Source: Takakia lepidozioides
Lineage: Eukaryota; Plantae; Bryophyta
Direction: 5' to 3'
NCBI GenBank assembly: GCA_030704615.1
Contig: CM060734.1
Coordinates: forward strand, 23,684,001 to 23,748,000
Length of the DNA stretch: 64,000 nucleotides
Below, one piece after another: positions 12,115-25,173 of this stretch. The translations under genes and the position numbers were made by a program. Numbering within the stretch: position 1 is the stretch's first letter; every line of letters begins with the position of its first letter. Under the pieces are notes generated by a model. It did no database searches, was not told where the DNA came from, and saw nothing but the letters and a program-made list of their open reading frames with translations.

Positions 12115-12650
12115 CATGGATGGGGCTGTGACAGGCTGTGATGGGCTGTGCCATGTGGCCTTTGGGGCTGTGATGGGCTGTGACAGGCTGTGACTTGTGG
12201 CCTGTGGGGCTGTGATGGGCTGTGACAGGCTATGCCCTGTGGCCTTTGGGGCTGTGATAGACTGTGACAGATGGCCTGTGGGGTTGTGACCGGCTTTGAC
12301 AGGTGGCCAGTGGGGCTGTGACGGGCTGTGACTTGTGGCCTGTGGGGCTGTGATGGGCTGTGACAGGCTGTGACAGGCTGTGGCCTGTGATGCTGTGACC
12401 CTGTCACCTGTGTAGTCTTGTGACAGTATGTGACCTGTGGCGTGTGTGGCTGTGATGGGTTGTGACGGACTGTGACAGGCTGTGCCCTGTGGCCTTTGGG
12501 GCTGTGATGGGTTGTGGGGCTGTGGCCTGTGTAGGGTTGTGATGGCTGTGACCAGTGATCTGTGTGGGCCTGTGCTGGTCTGTGGTGGCCCGTGTTGACC
12601 TGTGGACGGCCTGTGCTGACTCGTGGAGGCACTGGTGGACAGCCTGAGGA
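12115..12650. repeat. GGCTGTGA-rich minisatellite
   Basis: Dozens of GGCTGTGA/GGCCTGTG units. A related tract lies at 32975-33150. Confidence 0.9.
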
Positions 12651-13034
12651 CTGACATATGGTCTTGAAGGCCAAATTTCGAAGCTCGTGGAGGGCGGTTT
12701 GAGGAGTATCTTCATGATATTCCCATGGTCATACAAGTGAGAGAAGAGAGGAGAGGAAGAGTGTTGGGATGAGGGCATGCTGGGGTTAGGCTTTGGTTTA
12801 GCTTCTCTTCCTCGTAGTTTTCCACCCTCTCATTAGGCCAAGACCTTTCCGTAGGTGGAGACAAGAGTCAGTCCAGGTTTGGGCTGGGGTGTCATTGCAG
12901 GAGCAACACCGTGGAGTTGTTTTTGGTGTGGGGGAGTTGTCGTTCTGATTTCTTGTGTTTGGATCCCCTCCATACCTGCATGCTTGACTGTGCACCATGT
13001 TAGTTTTGTGTGGGCGCTTGTTTTTATAGGTGAT

Positions 13035-14822
13035 TGATCACCGGCTAGTCCTAGAGCATGCTATCGATGGTGAGGCTGGGGTGATGACCAGTCAGACCAT
13101 CTCCTCTAGAAATCCCTTCACACGAGCATCAATCTGCTGTGTGTGACTTGCTAAAAAACTAGGCCTCAGGAGGGCTTGGGCTTTTGGCTCAGCCTCAAGA
13201 CTTTCAAAGTTGGTAAATAGAGGTACAGGCACAATTCCCTTGATAGATTTGAAGAGAGCGTCTCTTTGGTGAGAGAACCCCGGACAGTGTATCAGAAAAT
13301 GAATATTGTCTTCAGGTTGCCCACACAACGGGCAATTGCACTCTCCCTTTCCTCTCTGCTTCTGTTTGCTGTTCAAAGGTAGGTTTCCTGCCCTGAGTTT
13401 AAATTTCAGTCTAGTGCCGAGAGTGGGTAGACCCTTGAGGTCATCCAAGATGTCCTCCCCCATGTCACAGACTGGAAACAAGTTCAGGGAAGTTTTCTGC
13501 CTAACTTCATTTTCATCAGACAATTTCATGGCAACAGACATGGCTTTGGACACTACAGCCTCTAAGTTAGATTTATCCAGTAGGGTCAAGACTTGCGGAT
13601 CCAGATCCAGGTCCTTGAGAATCTCTTCTACTCTCTTCTGCCAGGACTGCCTGTTTGACAGGGCGGTCCTGTTTCCAAGATATAGAGTCGATTAATAACT
13701 TAGGATATCTGGTGTTGGACATTTGTTGCAGCTGACCCCACCATCTAACCTTGAATTCATCTCGTCGGGAGCTTAAGGACGGAATGCCAAACTCACCCCG
13801 AACAGCCACATTGGCTGTTTTGGAGCATGCTGACATACACTCCTTAAGCACCCCCACTTGAATGGATTCTAGATACTTAGCCTGGTTGGAGTTATCAACC
13901 CATATTGCAGATCCATACTCCAAGGCAGGTCTAATATCGCGACAAAACGTGGTTTTCTTAACCTCAGAGTTGACCCCTCTGCTGTGGAAGAATTTAGTGA
14001 GCCCCAAAGCTTTGCCCTTGCCAGTAACTTTCAGGATATGTGCATCCCAATTACAATTGGAGGAAAACTCAATGCCCAGGTAAGTGTAGGAAGGGAGGAC
14101 CGGGATCTCTTGGCTACCCCACTGCCACTTAAGATCACTTCCTCCCTCTCCTCTGTCGTTGAATGCTACCACTGCACATTTGCTGACGTTAGCCTCTAGC
14201 CCCCAAAGATCAAAGTATCTCTTCGCTCAATCAATCAACTCCTGGAGATTGGTTGGAGTCTCCCCTATGCCTGCTAAGTCATCCGCAAACATAAGGGCTG
14301 GTATGGTGGTATCACCCACCCTTAACCCAAATACCTCATTTTCCATATCCTCGAGGAGTTGATTGATGAGAACATTGAAGAGCAAAGGGGAGAGAGTACA
14401 TCCTTGAGCTACACCTTGGTCTATGTCAAAGAAGTTGGACTTCTGTCCATTAACAGTGACACAGCTTTTGGTGTGAGCATATAAGTTGTGGACAACTCTC
14501 CACATCTTTCCCTTGATCCCACAAGACCAGAGGCGGAGCCATAGGCCATCTCTCCACATTGTGTCATAAGCCTTTTTGACATCCAAGAAAAAAACAAAAG
14601 TGGATTTCCCTTCTTTTTTTCCTTCCCTGTATAATATGGCTTAGAGCAAAGATATGATCCACACAGCCCCTGTTTTGCCGAAAGCCAGCTTGGCCTTCGT
14701 GGAAACAACCTCTAGATTCCAGATCAACCTCGAGACGAGTACTTATAACTCCGCAAAATGTCTTGCCAACAGCATTGAGGAGCGTGATGCCACGGTAGTT
14801 CCCCAGTTCTTCTCTGTCACCC
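13035..14822 (-). mobile_element. Non-LTR retrotransposon (LINE) 3' part: RT and C-terminal CCHC, frameshifted and 5'-truncated
   Basis: DVKKAYD, GVAQGCTLSPLLFN, LMFADD, YTYLG and CPLCGQPEDNIHFLIHC, followed by a short 3' UTR. Confidence 0.92.
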
Positions 14823-14825
14823 TTC

Positions 14826-17545
14826 TTGTATAGATTGACAAGCCCAAGGAGAAAGAAGTCGGAATATGGAGATTCTTACAAGCGTGGTTGCCAATGCTGT
14901 TTCAAGGTCCAGCAATGCTATCTCGCCCCCGACATTTGTGTCCTCAAGTACTACAACAACATGGAGCATACAGACGCGAAAGGGAACATCTGTCATGGGA
15001 AGTCCGCTGAGTTCAGGAAGACTCGCCACTCCTATGCACCACACATTAGCAAGGAATTGAAAGCATGGGTCATGGAGTGTTTGTGCCAAGGCTTGTCAGT
15101 CGCCCAAATCATGATGGAATATAAAGAGCACGTCATGAACAACACCGGGTTGGGGGATGCATGGACACGGGACGATTTTTTGTTGGAGTAGGATGTGCGC
15201 AACCTGGCCGAGAAACGGGCGTGGCAAATGTTCAAAAAACATGCCAACGATGCGGAGAGTGTCCGCATGTGGAAAGACCAAAACCCGAAATCGGTCTTCT
15301 TCTATCAAGAAGAGAAATTGGTGCCAACATTCAAGCACTACGATGGCGACTTAACATTCACAATCGGCATACAGACTGAGTGGCAGAAGAAGCAAATGCT
15401 TCAATTAGGCCATGCCCGTATCGTTGCATGCGATGCAACCTTCAGGACAAATCACCACAAGGTACTCTTCATCCCTTTCACAATTTATCCGCTTGCACAA
15501 CTAGTGGATGTGCGCACACTGGCAGCATCTGACATTGTGCATCTGAGCAGTTCCCATTGTACACGTTGATGGTCTTCAACGAGTGGCTTAATGGTATACC
15601 AGTTGCGTACATCATATCCACGCGTGAGCGGACAACAGACCTGGTGCCATGGATGGCAGCTTTGTGGGACTCACTCCTCGCAAAAATGCCGGACTGGCGA
15701 CCCAATGCCTTCATTGTGGACGATGCCGACGCCGAAATAAACGCCATTACGTAAGTTTCACATACCCTCCTGTGCACTCGCGTGCAAGTCCGCTGCGTGC
15801 GTCCATTGTCAGTCTCTTTGGCAAGTCCCCTGCCATACAACGCAGTCCTTTGTGCAAGTCCGGCCCATTCATTTCTGCAAGTTTGCTGGCAAACTAGTCC
15901 GCTGATAAATGTCCTCTGGCGAGGTCCGCTGGAAGACTCACTTGCGCAAGTCTACTGCAAGGTCAGTCTGGTCGGGTCTGCTACCAGCAAAGTATGGGTA
16001 AGTCTGCTGCCACTAAAGTCTGGGTAAGTCTGCTACCGGCCTCTTAAGGGCAAGTCCGCAGGCTAGTCCGCTGGAGCGGTCTGTTCGCAAGCAGTCCACT
16101 GCAAGAATCACTTGCGCCAGTCTGCTCCGACGTCGGTCTGGTCCAGCAAGTCCGCTGGCAGGCGAGTCCGCCGGAGGGGACTGTTCGGAAGTCTGTTGGC
16201 AACCCATGCCGCTTGGAATGCCCTCTGGCCAAGTCCGTCGCAAGACTCACTTACGCAAGTCCGCTGCGTGGTCAGGCTACTGGTGGTGTCGTGTGGGCAA
16301 GACTCATGGCAGGTCAGAGAGGGCGAGTCTGCTGGCTAAATCCGTTTGGCAAGTCCACTGGAACAGATGGGCAGACCGGTCCACCAGAGAGTCTACTGGG
16401 TTAGTGCCCAAGTCCACCGGCAAAGTCCTCTTTGAAGTCTCTCATGTGAGCATGTGTACTTTGCAGGGCTGTTTTTGGAGGTGCTCATTTTCCTGTGCCT
16501 TTGGCATGTCCGGCGGGCTTGGATGAAGCAATTATGCGCGAAAACCAAAGATCCTATCACTGCCGCAAACTTGCTGAAGGATATGGGAGACCTCATGTAC
16601 TGTAGAGGTGGACCAAGCGATCCCAAAGAAGGTCTTGCGTGGGTAGCAAAAACGCTCCGAGGCATGAGAAAGAAATATCCGAATGGGCATGAATTTTTGG
16701 ACTACATCAATAAGGAATGGCGCCCTAAAATAGCAATGTGGTGTACAGCCGCTCGCCATGTTCCGCATGCCAGTCAGGACACAAACGCTAGCATTGAGGC
16801 ATACCATGGAAACTTGAAGGCAAGACTGAGGATGAGGAAAGGCAAAATGACTGGGCATAGAGTGAATTGGCTTATATAGGAACTCACAGGCCGTGTGCTA
16901 ACACACTACTGGTATGCAATTCACCTGAAGACGCACGGATTCATAAGGAATGACAAACATGAGAAGTACATGTCCAATTCTGTGCTTGCGGCATGCGACA
17001 TCCCAGCATGCAATGTCACTCTTCCATTCCATCCTAGGCAACCAGCCTATGTTCTAAGCACCAATCACCCAAACACAACTTACATTGTTTACAACCTCGG
17101 ATGCGAATGGGCTTCTTGCACTTGCCCATGGGCAATGAAGGGCAATTTGTGCAAGCATCAAGTCCGAGTCCTGAAGTTGCTTCATCCACACTTGCAGGAT
17201 GGACTCATAGTGTGCGCTTGTGGCACGGCGCTGGGAACCATTCATGGAGGATTGCATAATGTGTTCAGGGTTCGTGCAAGTGGCGGCGACGAAGACGGTT
17301 TGGCAAATGCAACAGACGGCCCTTCCACAGATGACTTCCCCTATGATGTGGAGCCTGTCCTCGTACCATCCTCCATGGACGAAGAATTTGCAGACATACT
17401 TCGCATTGTTGGTGACGACAAATACCTGGAGAAACATCTGTTGTCTTCTCTTCAAATTTGTAGGGGGCAGCTTGTTGATATTCTCGCCAAGAGTGTTGCA
17501 AGAATGTTGCACCCTGGCAGCAAAGAGCTTCCGTTCTGTAAATGA
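14826..17545 (+). pseudogene. MULE-type DDE transposase with C-terminal SWIM finger; two introns, stops and frameshifts; 5'-truncated
   Basis: CDATF, FIVDD, CLWH, TNASIEAYH and CTCPWAMKGNLCKH. GT-AG introns at 15462-15550 and 15751-16466. Confidence 0.88.
15780..16440. repeat. Intronic array of GCAAGTC(C/T)GCTG motifs
   Basis: More than 20 degenerate copies filling intron 2. Related AGTCTGCTG/CAGACTG motifs occur at 17710-18520, 18780-19010, 19640-20040 and 21275-21360. Confidence 0.75.
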
Positions 17546-18538
17546 CAACAACAATATGTCGCTGAAAAGGAAACGGGATTTCGTTGAGGCATGGAAAACG
17601 CGACCCAGAGTCTTGCGCAAAATGCTACGCGATAATTCTCCCGATGAAATAAATAAAAATTCTGCAGTACGATTGCATGTGCAGTACAAGACTTTCAACC
17701 TATCTCTAAACCAGTCTGCTAAACCAGTCGGGATTTCGTCTGAACCAGTCTTGTGACGTCTGAACCAGTCTGAAGACGCATGAACCAGTCTGCTGAACCA
17801 GGCTTCTGCTCAGTCTGCTGCCACTCTTCCAACCATTGTGCTCATAGGCTGGTAAACAATCTGACCTGTCCATCAGCAAGAAAACAAAGTATTCAAGGTG
17901 TGGAGTATCATGTCTCTTGAGTAGACCAGTCTCTTGGTTTTGAACTGGCCTGCACTCGGCTGACTAGTGACCCTCAAGCAGTCTGCCCATCAGACTCGCC
18001 ATTCTGAGTACGCTGGACCCTCACTTACTCTGCTGACCAGACTTGACAAACTACTGGCCAATGCCATCCGCCTGTACTCTAGCACTCCGGTGACTCTCGG
18101 CAGTCTGCTGAGCAGTGGACTCTCACCACACATGCTGTTCAGACTAGGACTCATGGTTCCCTGCCAATCTGCCAGACTCTGCCAGGCTGGAGGACTCTCC
18201 TCAGTCTGTCGGACTCTCCTCTTCCAATGAGTCTTCCCAGCAGCCTGCTGTCAGTCTTCCTAGCCATCTACTGACGGTTTTGTAACATGTCGGCTCAAAC
18301 TAGAGTATCCATCAGCAGACTGACATTGCAGGTGGATACATTCACATGTACTTACTGAGCCGACACCCTCATCAGTCTTATGTCCAGTCCACTCACGCCC
18401 AGTACACTGGGTCTTCTATACAGTCCAGGAGACTGAGGGGACTGACGAGACTGAGCGGACTGGGCGGACAGAGCAGACTAAGCGGACTGAGCAGAATGAG
18501 CCAACAGAGCAGATAGAACAGACGGCATAGGGGAATCC

Positions 18539-20320
18539 TTACTCTTCACCAATCGGAGCCAAAATAAACTCACAGTCTTTTAGGTACTTGCCATGCCGCT
18601 CGCTGCTGAAGGCAGCATGAAGGTTATCCAGTAGTCTTTCGCGTGGCCCCTCCCAGTGGATGTTCATCACCGCCCACGTCCACGTTGGCAGAAGAGCTAC
18701 CATATAGAAGTGCAACATGGAACCACCGGCATCCACTACATTACGATGTAATTTATCAAACCGAGAAGTCAATTTGCACATACTAGAGCAGACTGAGGTA
18801 AAGCCCCTGTACTTGTCAGACAGACGAGAAGACCGAGCAGACTGACTGACCAGACTATGTCAAGAGTATGTGAAGACTCTCCAAGACCGACAGCAACATG
18901 AGACTGTGTAAAGGAGATGGGACTGAGCAGACTAACATGACTGAGCAGACCGAAAAGTATGAGAAGATAGATCAGCAGAGAATAGCAGGAGACTGGGCTG
19001 AGCAGACTCAGTATCTTCACAAAAAAAAAAAAAAAAAAAAAACAGACCAACAGATGCTACTCACTGCTGGATCTCGCGGCAAAGAATGACTTCCTTGTCC
19101 ATCTCAAAAACCAGTTTACGGTCCTTGTTCATAAACACACCGGACTTTTTCTTGGGGCCACTTTTCTTGGGAGCAGGACCCTCCCCAACCTCTTCGGCGA
19201 GGTCCAGCACATCCCGCTTCTTTGCTTTGCCTCTACTTTGCGGAGCAGAAGGTGTTGCCGACAGGTTGGATTGAGTAGACTGTCGCAGGATGGCCGTCCG
19301 GCTTCTCAACACAACAACGTCAGGAGGCTTGTTGACACTTCCTGGACCGATCCTCGCAGCCTCACGCGTGGCATGCGTGGAACTCACCCGCACACCCGGC
19401 GGCGTTTCGTCTATGGTACCCATCTTTGTTGTCGACCCGACGTTGGGTGCATTGGTAGGTCCATGGGCATGGGTTGAGTCCACTGCGGACGATGGCGATG
19501 TCGCAACGTGCACATCCCTCATGAGACAAACATCCTGCAAGTTCAATAATACGTTCAATAATATAATGAAGGTGCAACATCAGTAAGTAAAATGCTCTCA
19601 CAGTGCAGGAACAACCTGAGTGGGTGGGGCTGGGTCGTCCATTGTGCCGTTATGAGCAGTGTCCTCTCCAGTCTCCTTTGCAGTCTGCCGGGAAGTCTCT
19701 TGGACAGACTGCTGGGCAGTCTCCTGCACAGGTTGGTCAGGCTCCATGGTAGTTTCCTGTGCATTGGCAGTCTCGGCAATGGCATGGGCAGTCTGCTGGA
19801 CTGCGTCCAAGTCAGTCTCCTATTGGGCAGGCTCCTGGGCAGCGTCCTGGGGAGGCTCCTGGCAGACAGGTTGCACATCAGAGTCAGTCTGCTGGACAGT
19901 CTACTGGACTCCTTCCAAGTCCCTCTCTTGAGCAGTCTGCTGGACTCTCTCCAAGTCAGTCACCTGGGCAGTCTGTTGAACAGTCTCCTGGACAATCAGT
20001 GCAGTCTCCTGGGAAGTCTTCTCGAGTTCAGCCTCCTAGGAAGTCCTTTCGGCGTGGTCTTCCAGGCCGACGATGAGTCTATCAACTTCGCCGTCAACCT
20101 TGTTGTGAGGATCTTCGTCCATAGCTGACAATGGCTTCACAGAGGGGGATTCCACATCGGATTCTGTAGTAAGGTCTATTATGCAGGGTATTGGGCCGGA
20201 CATTGGTCCGATCACGTCAAGATCATCGATGGCTTTCGCCAGTGAACGAACTAGAACCGGACTAAGCTCAATGGAAATAGGACGTAGGCCACGGGGCGAC
20301 GGATAAGAGGGGTTTACCAA
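18539..20320 (-). CDS. Spliced accessory gene of the MULE, convergent with the transposase; function unknown
   Basis: Exon-like ORFs at 20036-20320, 19598-19810, 19061-19558 and 18539-18781, with GTGAG/GTAAG donors near 19063 and 18540. Basic NLS-like patches (KAKKR, PKKK). Confidence 0.55.
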
Positions 20321-20486
20321 TGTCCTGGCTACATCATCTGTAGACGCAAAAAAATTGGTTCTCCAAAATTTCTAAGCTTAAATTGGGGTCCACCGCACCA
20401 GTCCAATGCAGGTCAGGACGTTGAAAATTCCACTGTGGCCTCATGAAAGAGTGTTGGACACCTGCTGTCGGCAGGTTTTCCAGTCC

Positions 20487-20616
20487 ATAATGGATGACAG
20501 AAAGGTGAGGGCGATCTTGGACTAGGAGCCTCCGACTTCAGTCCCGGGAGTGCGATCCTTCCTAGGACTTGCCTCCTATTACCGAAAGTATGTGAGAAAT
20601 TTCGCCAAGATCGCAG
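20487..20616 (+). pseudogene. pol: Chromovirus RT-RNase H connection fragment, inverted relative to its RT
   Basis: IMDDRKVRAILD*EPPTSVPGVRSFLGLASYYRKYVRNFAKIA. Confidence 0.85.
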
Positions 20617-21374
20617 GTTGTTCAGCTAATTCTCTGGATCGCATGACATCGTCCGTCCTTCGGCATCAATGGATGCAATTTGGTAATTTCACCTCGTACA
20701 AGAAATTGAGAAAGGACTTGCATAACCTTCGCATGGATCTACTACATGGAGAACCGCAGGCAAGGAAGGCGGTTTTGGATGACGCTTTGGTATGGTTGTC
20801 AATTGTCCAGGAGCGAGCTGTAATTGACATTGTCTTGCACAAACCAGATGTCTTCAGAGTCCTCTGGTTTGGAACTCCGTATGAAGACCGCATATCGGCC
20901 ATTGGCCAGCTTGATTCCGCACTGTTGGATCGCCAAATTGAAGATATTGGGCTCATCGGAAATCGCCTTGAAGGTATGCACTGTTCTCCGTCATTTACAA
21001 GTCCTAAAATTTCCCATGGATCAATGTCGAGTACTAAACATGTGGTATGTTTCAGGGTGGGGCGATTTCGAAGAAGAAGCCATGAACAAGACATTCGACT
21101 CGCTTGTCAGAGCTACAAGAGACGTTCTCCTCGCAGTACAGGGCCATCCTAATTCCGATGGCACTGTCCAGAAGACTACCGAGGTTCATGTCCAGCAGAT
21201 TAGCGAGGAGTGTGCTTAGCAACACACCTACTCACCGGAACCTTTTCCCATCCAATGACAATGACTGTTTCTTCCGGGAGACTGGAAGGACTAGGCAGAC
21301 TCGACAGACTGGGCAGAGCGAGCAGATTGGGCAGACTGCCCAGCCGACCGGGCAGCAGTATGGAGAACAACCTC

Positions 21375-22551
21375 ACCATGTTATCACATGCCCTAGGAAC
21401 TCCACTTTTGTGACCCCGAATTCGCACTTTGAAGCCTTGGCATACAGCTTCCCTTCCCGCAGTTTCTGGAACACCCTTTTGAGGTGCTCCAGGTGCTCTT
21501 CCTTTGTTTTCGAGTACACCAAGATGTTGTCGATGTACATGATCACAAAGTCATCCAACCACTCCTGGAAAAGGCTGCTCATTAGCGTGCTAAAGGTCGC
21601 GGGTGCATTGGTGAGCCCAAAAGGCATCACCAAGAACTCATATGAACCATATCTTGTCCTGCACGCGGTCTTCTCCTTATCTCCTTCCGCCACTCGGATT
21701 TGATGGTAGCCGGAGTGCAAATCGATCCGGCTGAAATACTTTGCTCCTGCCAACCGATCGAAGAGGTCGTTGATCCTTGGCAAAGGGTACCAGTTTTTTA
21801 TAGTCACCTTATTCAGAGCCCTATAATCGACATATATCCGCAACGTCCCATCCTTCTTGTCTGTGAATAGCACCGGGGCTCCGTAAGGTGACTTACACGG
21901 CCGGAGGTACCCCTTTGACATTAGATCCTTGAGTTGGGCCTTCAGCTTGACCAACTCTCTGTGGCTCAACCGGTAGGGCGCCTTGGCAGGCGGCTCCGAT
22001 CCCGGTATCACCTCTATCTTGTGGTCAACTCCTCTTTGCGGTGGCAAGCCGCTTGGTAAATCCTGCGGCATTACATCCTGGTATTTCTCCAAGATCCCTT
22101 TGATCCAATCTGGGCTTGGCTCCCTATCGACTTCTCCTTCCACTTGTCTTGCGTAAAGCAAAAACTGGGGTTTTTGTGGCTCCTCCACGGCCCACTCCCT
22201 TGCTGTCAGCATGTTTATTTGCCCTCCCACTCGGTTGGGCGTTTCCGACACTCGTAAAACTTTGCCACCATCCCCACACGGTAGCGTGACTACTCTCTTG
22301 CGGCCATCTATGACCGCTCCGGATTTGCTCAAAAAAATCATCCCCCAAATGAGATCCACTCCATCGATCTCGCAAATGGTGAAGTTCTCACATCCCTCCC
22401 AACTCCCGAGCTGAAGAGGAACATCGAATGTCAACCTCGTCGCCAATTGTGGTTCTCATTTGGCCGAACGCACTTCAATGGAGGCCTCCACATCACTTGT
22501 CGGGAGCCCCAGCTTCCGTGCCGTTGCCGGTGTCATGAAGGAGTGCGACGC
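21375..22551 (-). pseudogene. pol: Chromovirus (Galadriel-like) protease C-part and reverse transcriptase
   Basis: [47 protein letters not shown] (mutated YIDD) and FLGHVI. Confidence 0.95.
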
Positions 22552-23290
22552 TTCCTGTGAGCGGAACAGGAGCAGTTACTCGTTTGTTCACAACAAGATT
22601 CGCAACAAGTTGAATCCTGCCAGGGCTGACAAATTGGTTTATGTCTACACGAATTGTAGGCTACTGCGAGAGAGGAGAGCAAGTGACGCATCTGCATGGT
22701 ACAAGAAGAATCTGTTGTCTGAAGAATCTGCCTCAGAGGTCCAATCTAGCAGCAATGATGACACTGACGCCGCGAGGGACTCCGACTCCGACGGTTGGGA
22801 TGGGTCCGATGATGTGGGCAATCCTCCACATGACCCATATGAATTTAATGACGATGATGCTGCAATGCATCCATCCTTCGATGACCTTGTTGTTGATGAA
22901 CTGCGACATGGTGTCATCCCAATTGCGGACCCCCTTCCCCCAGTGGAGCACACTCTCAACAATGAAATTGAGGTCAACTCTCCCCCACCACGAGTTCCAC
23001 GGACTGCGGGAGATGTGCAGGTCGAATCGTCAGATGATGACAACTGGCCGTTGTCATTCCTTCACCGACATCGTGCCCCTGTGAACCGTGCTTCATCTCA
23101 CCCCGCTCCATCTCATGTTTCTCTTTCTCAAGCCGGTCCATCCCATGCTGGTCCATCTAGTCTCTCTCCCCCTCATGTAATTCCTTCCATTGCTACTCCG
23201 ATCCTGGGAGATGGTTCTTCTGCTGCGGGACTTCTGCAAGTCGAACCATTGGATGACGACGACCGGCCATTGTCGTTTCATCTGGCCTGA
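22552..23290 (+). pseudogene. hAT transposase C-terminal part (dimerisation domain from SCERN onward, plus acidic tail)
   Basis: SCERNRSSYSFVHNKIRNKLNPARADKLVYVYTN continues the frame that is cut at 55487. Confidence 0.88.
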
Positions 23291-24039
23291 CGACGTCCGC
23301 ATGTGAACCATGCTCCCTCGACCCTCGCTGGTCCATCTCATGCCCCTTCCTCTCATGTCGGCCCCTCTGATGTACGTGCGAGTAGCCTTCCTCATACGAG
23401 ACCTGCTCCAAGGCCACCACGAAATCCAGGACAAGCCCAGAAACGGCAGAGAATTGTGCAACCTTTTGTTGGTGACCGACTTGTGAACAGGCCTGATACC
23501 ATAGATGGTATTCATGATAGGAGTGGAAATCGACCAGAGAGACAACTGAACGTACTCCGAGGACGACTACAGGTCCAACGGCTAGTTGCATCTGGAAACG
23601 AAAGAACAGATGAAGATCGCGATTCTAGCACTGATCATTGGAACGGGGGTGAAGTGAGTGGGGACAAAGATTTTGTACTAGACGTGAGATCATACCATCG
23701 TCGTCGTGCCAGACGGAATTAGGTACAACTATAACTTCTGTGACCTGTCACATGATGTGTAGTATGTTTCCATGGATATCCATGTTTCAGTTTGGGTACA
23801 TGCATACGTGTACGGAAATAAAAATGGTGGAATATGTGTACCCAAGAAAGGGTTTGGTGGTTGTGCGTGTGTTTGTGTTTCGTCATTACCTTTACATTGT
23901 TGATTTCCTATTATGGTTTCGAAAGCCACAAAAGCCAGGTGCAGCTCCCAACATTCATCTTCCCCTTCACAAATCCATGGGGAGTCGATACATGTGCTTT
24001 TCATCTGCCTCTCCAAACATACATACAGGTGCAAGGGGA

Positions 24040-24750
24040 CCAACCTCCTGGTGGTCGCACCTATTTAAAAAAAAACAATTGTGTGACCACCAGTAGCGGT
24101 CGTCGCAACTGTTAAAATAAAAGAAAAATGTTGCGACCACCCCCTGCTGGTAGTCGCACCTATTTACTGATTTACTGATTACCCCTGCTGGTGGTCGCAG
24201 ATTTTATTTTATTTTATTTTGGGAAACACCTGGGAGCGACAGCTCACAAATCACGCCCCTTAGTAGTGAGAGGAGAAAATAACCTCTTTCATTTATGCGC
24301 CAAGAGGCGTATGAATGGGGCACCACACACAAACCATACCACACCCATCAAGTAGCAAGATTTGACCCCAGAATCGTCCGGGTCGCACTCAGTGCACTTA
24401 ACCAACTGAGCTACTGACTGTTGGTAGATATTAAAAAATCGGAAAATTATGCGACCACCCCCCTACAACCACCCCCCTGCTGGTGGTCGCATCTATTAAA
24501 GAAAAAGAAAATAGTGCGACCACCAGCAGGTGGTGGTCGTACCTATTTGTTTTAAACAAAATTTCTGCGACCACCCCCTACTGGTGGTCGCACCCATTAA
24601 AAAACATAAACAAATCTGCGACCACCCCCCTGCTGGTGGTCGCACATATTAAAAAAAAAAAAAAATCTGCGACCACCCCCCTGCTGGTGGTCGCACATAA
24701 TAAAGAAAATAAAAAAAGATGCGACCACCACTGCTGGCGGTCGCAGCTAT
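24040..24750. repeat. Array of TGCGACCACC-N-GGTGGTCGCA palindromes with A/T-rich spacers
   Basis: About 12 copies. Same motif as 52598-53340. Confidence 0.92.
24201..24422 (-). mobile_element. tRNA-derived SINE inserted in the palindrome array
   Basis: Minus strand has A-box TAGCTCAGTTGG, B-box-like GGGTCAAATC, a body of about 130 bp and an (AAAAT)n tail. Confidence 0.65.
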
Positions 24751-25173
24751 TACTAGCGTGCGCAATCATGATGACAACGCGCGCCCCGAGTGTGGAGGGG
24801 GGGCTTATAAGGCCTTGGAGGCCATTCTCTCCCTCACTTTTTTCCACACCGGGACTTGGTGGGCGATGGGATGTTGCATTCCTTGTCATTGAGTCCAAGT
24901 GGAGAGGGGTGCTATTGGTTGGGTGGGGGGTATTCTGGGCCATTGGATTCTACGAAATCAATGCTGAGTACCTCCCGAGAAGCCCTCTTCTAGCTCCCAC
25001 GTTTTTTTCATTGCACATTGCGTCATATCACTTAGAACTGTCGAGGGAGTGACATGTGCCTCTAGTACTTGGGGAGGATTCATTAGGGAGTATGATTAGG
25101 TACGATTTAGGAGGGTTGGGAGAGCATTTTTCTTAGGAAATACCTGTCGAGTAGGGGTAAGCCAAAACCATAA

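Noticed and set aside
12061-12778. Long ORFs of 198, 192 and 124 aa
   Set aside because: They are translations of the GGCTGTGA minisatellite.
24350-24422. Functional tRNA gene
   Set aside because: Acceptor and anticodon stems are poor and the B-box is degenerate. The attached body and tail fit a SINE.
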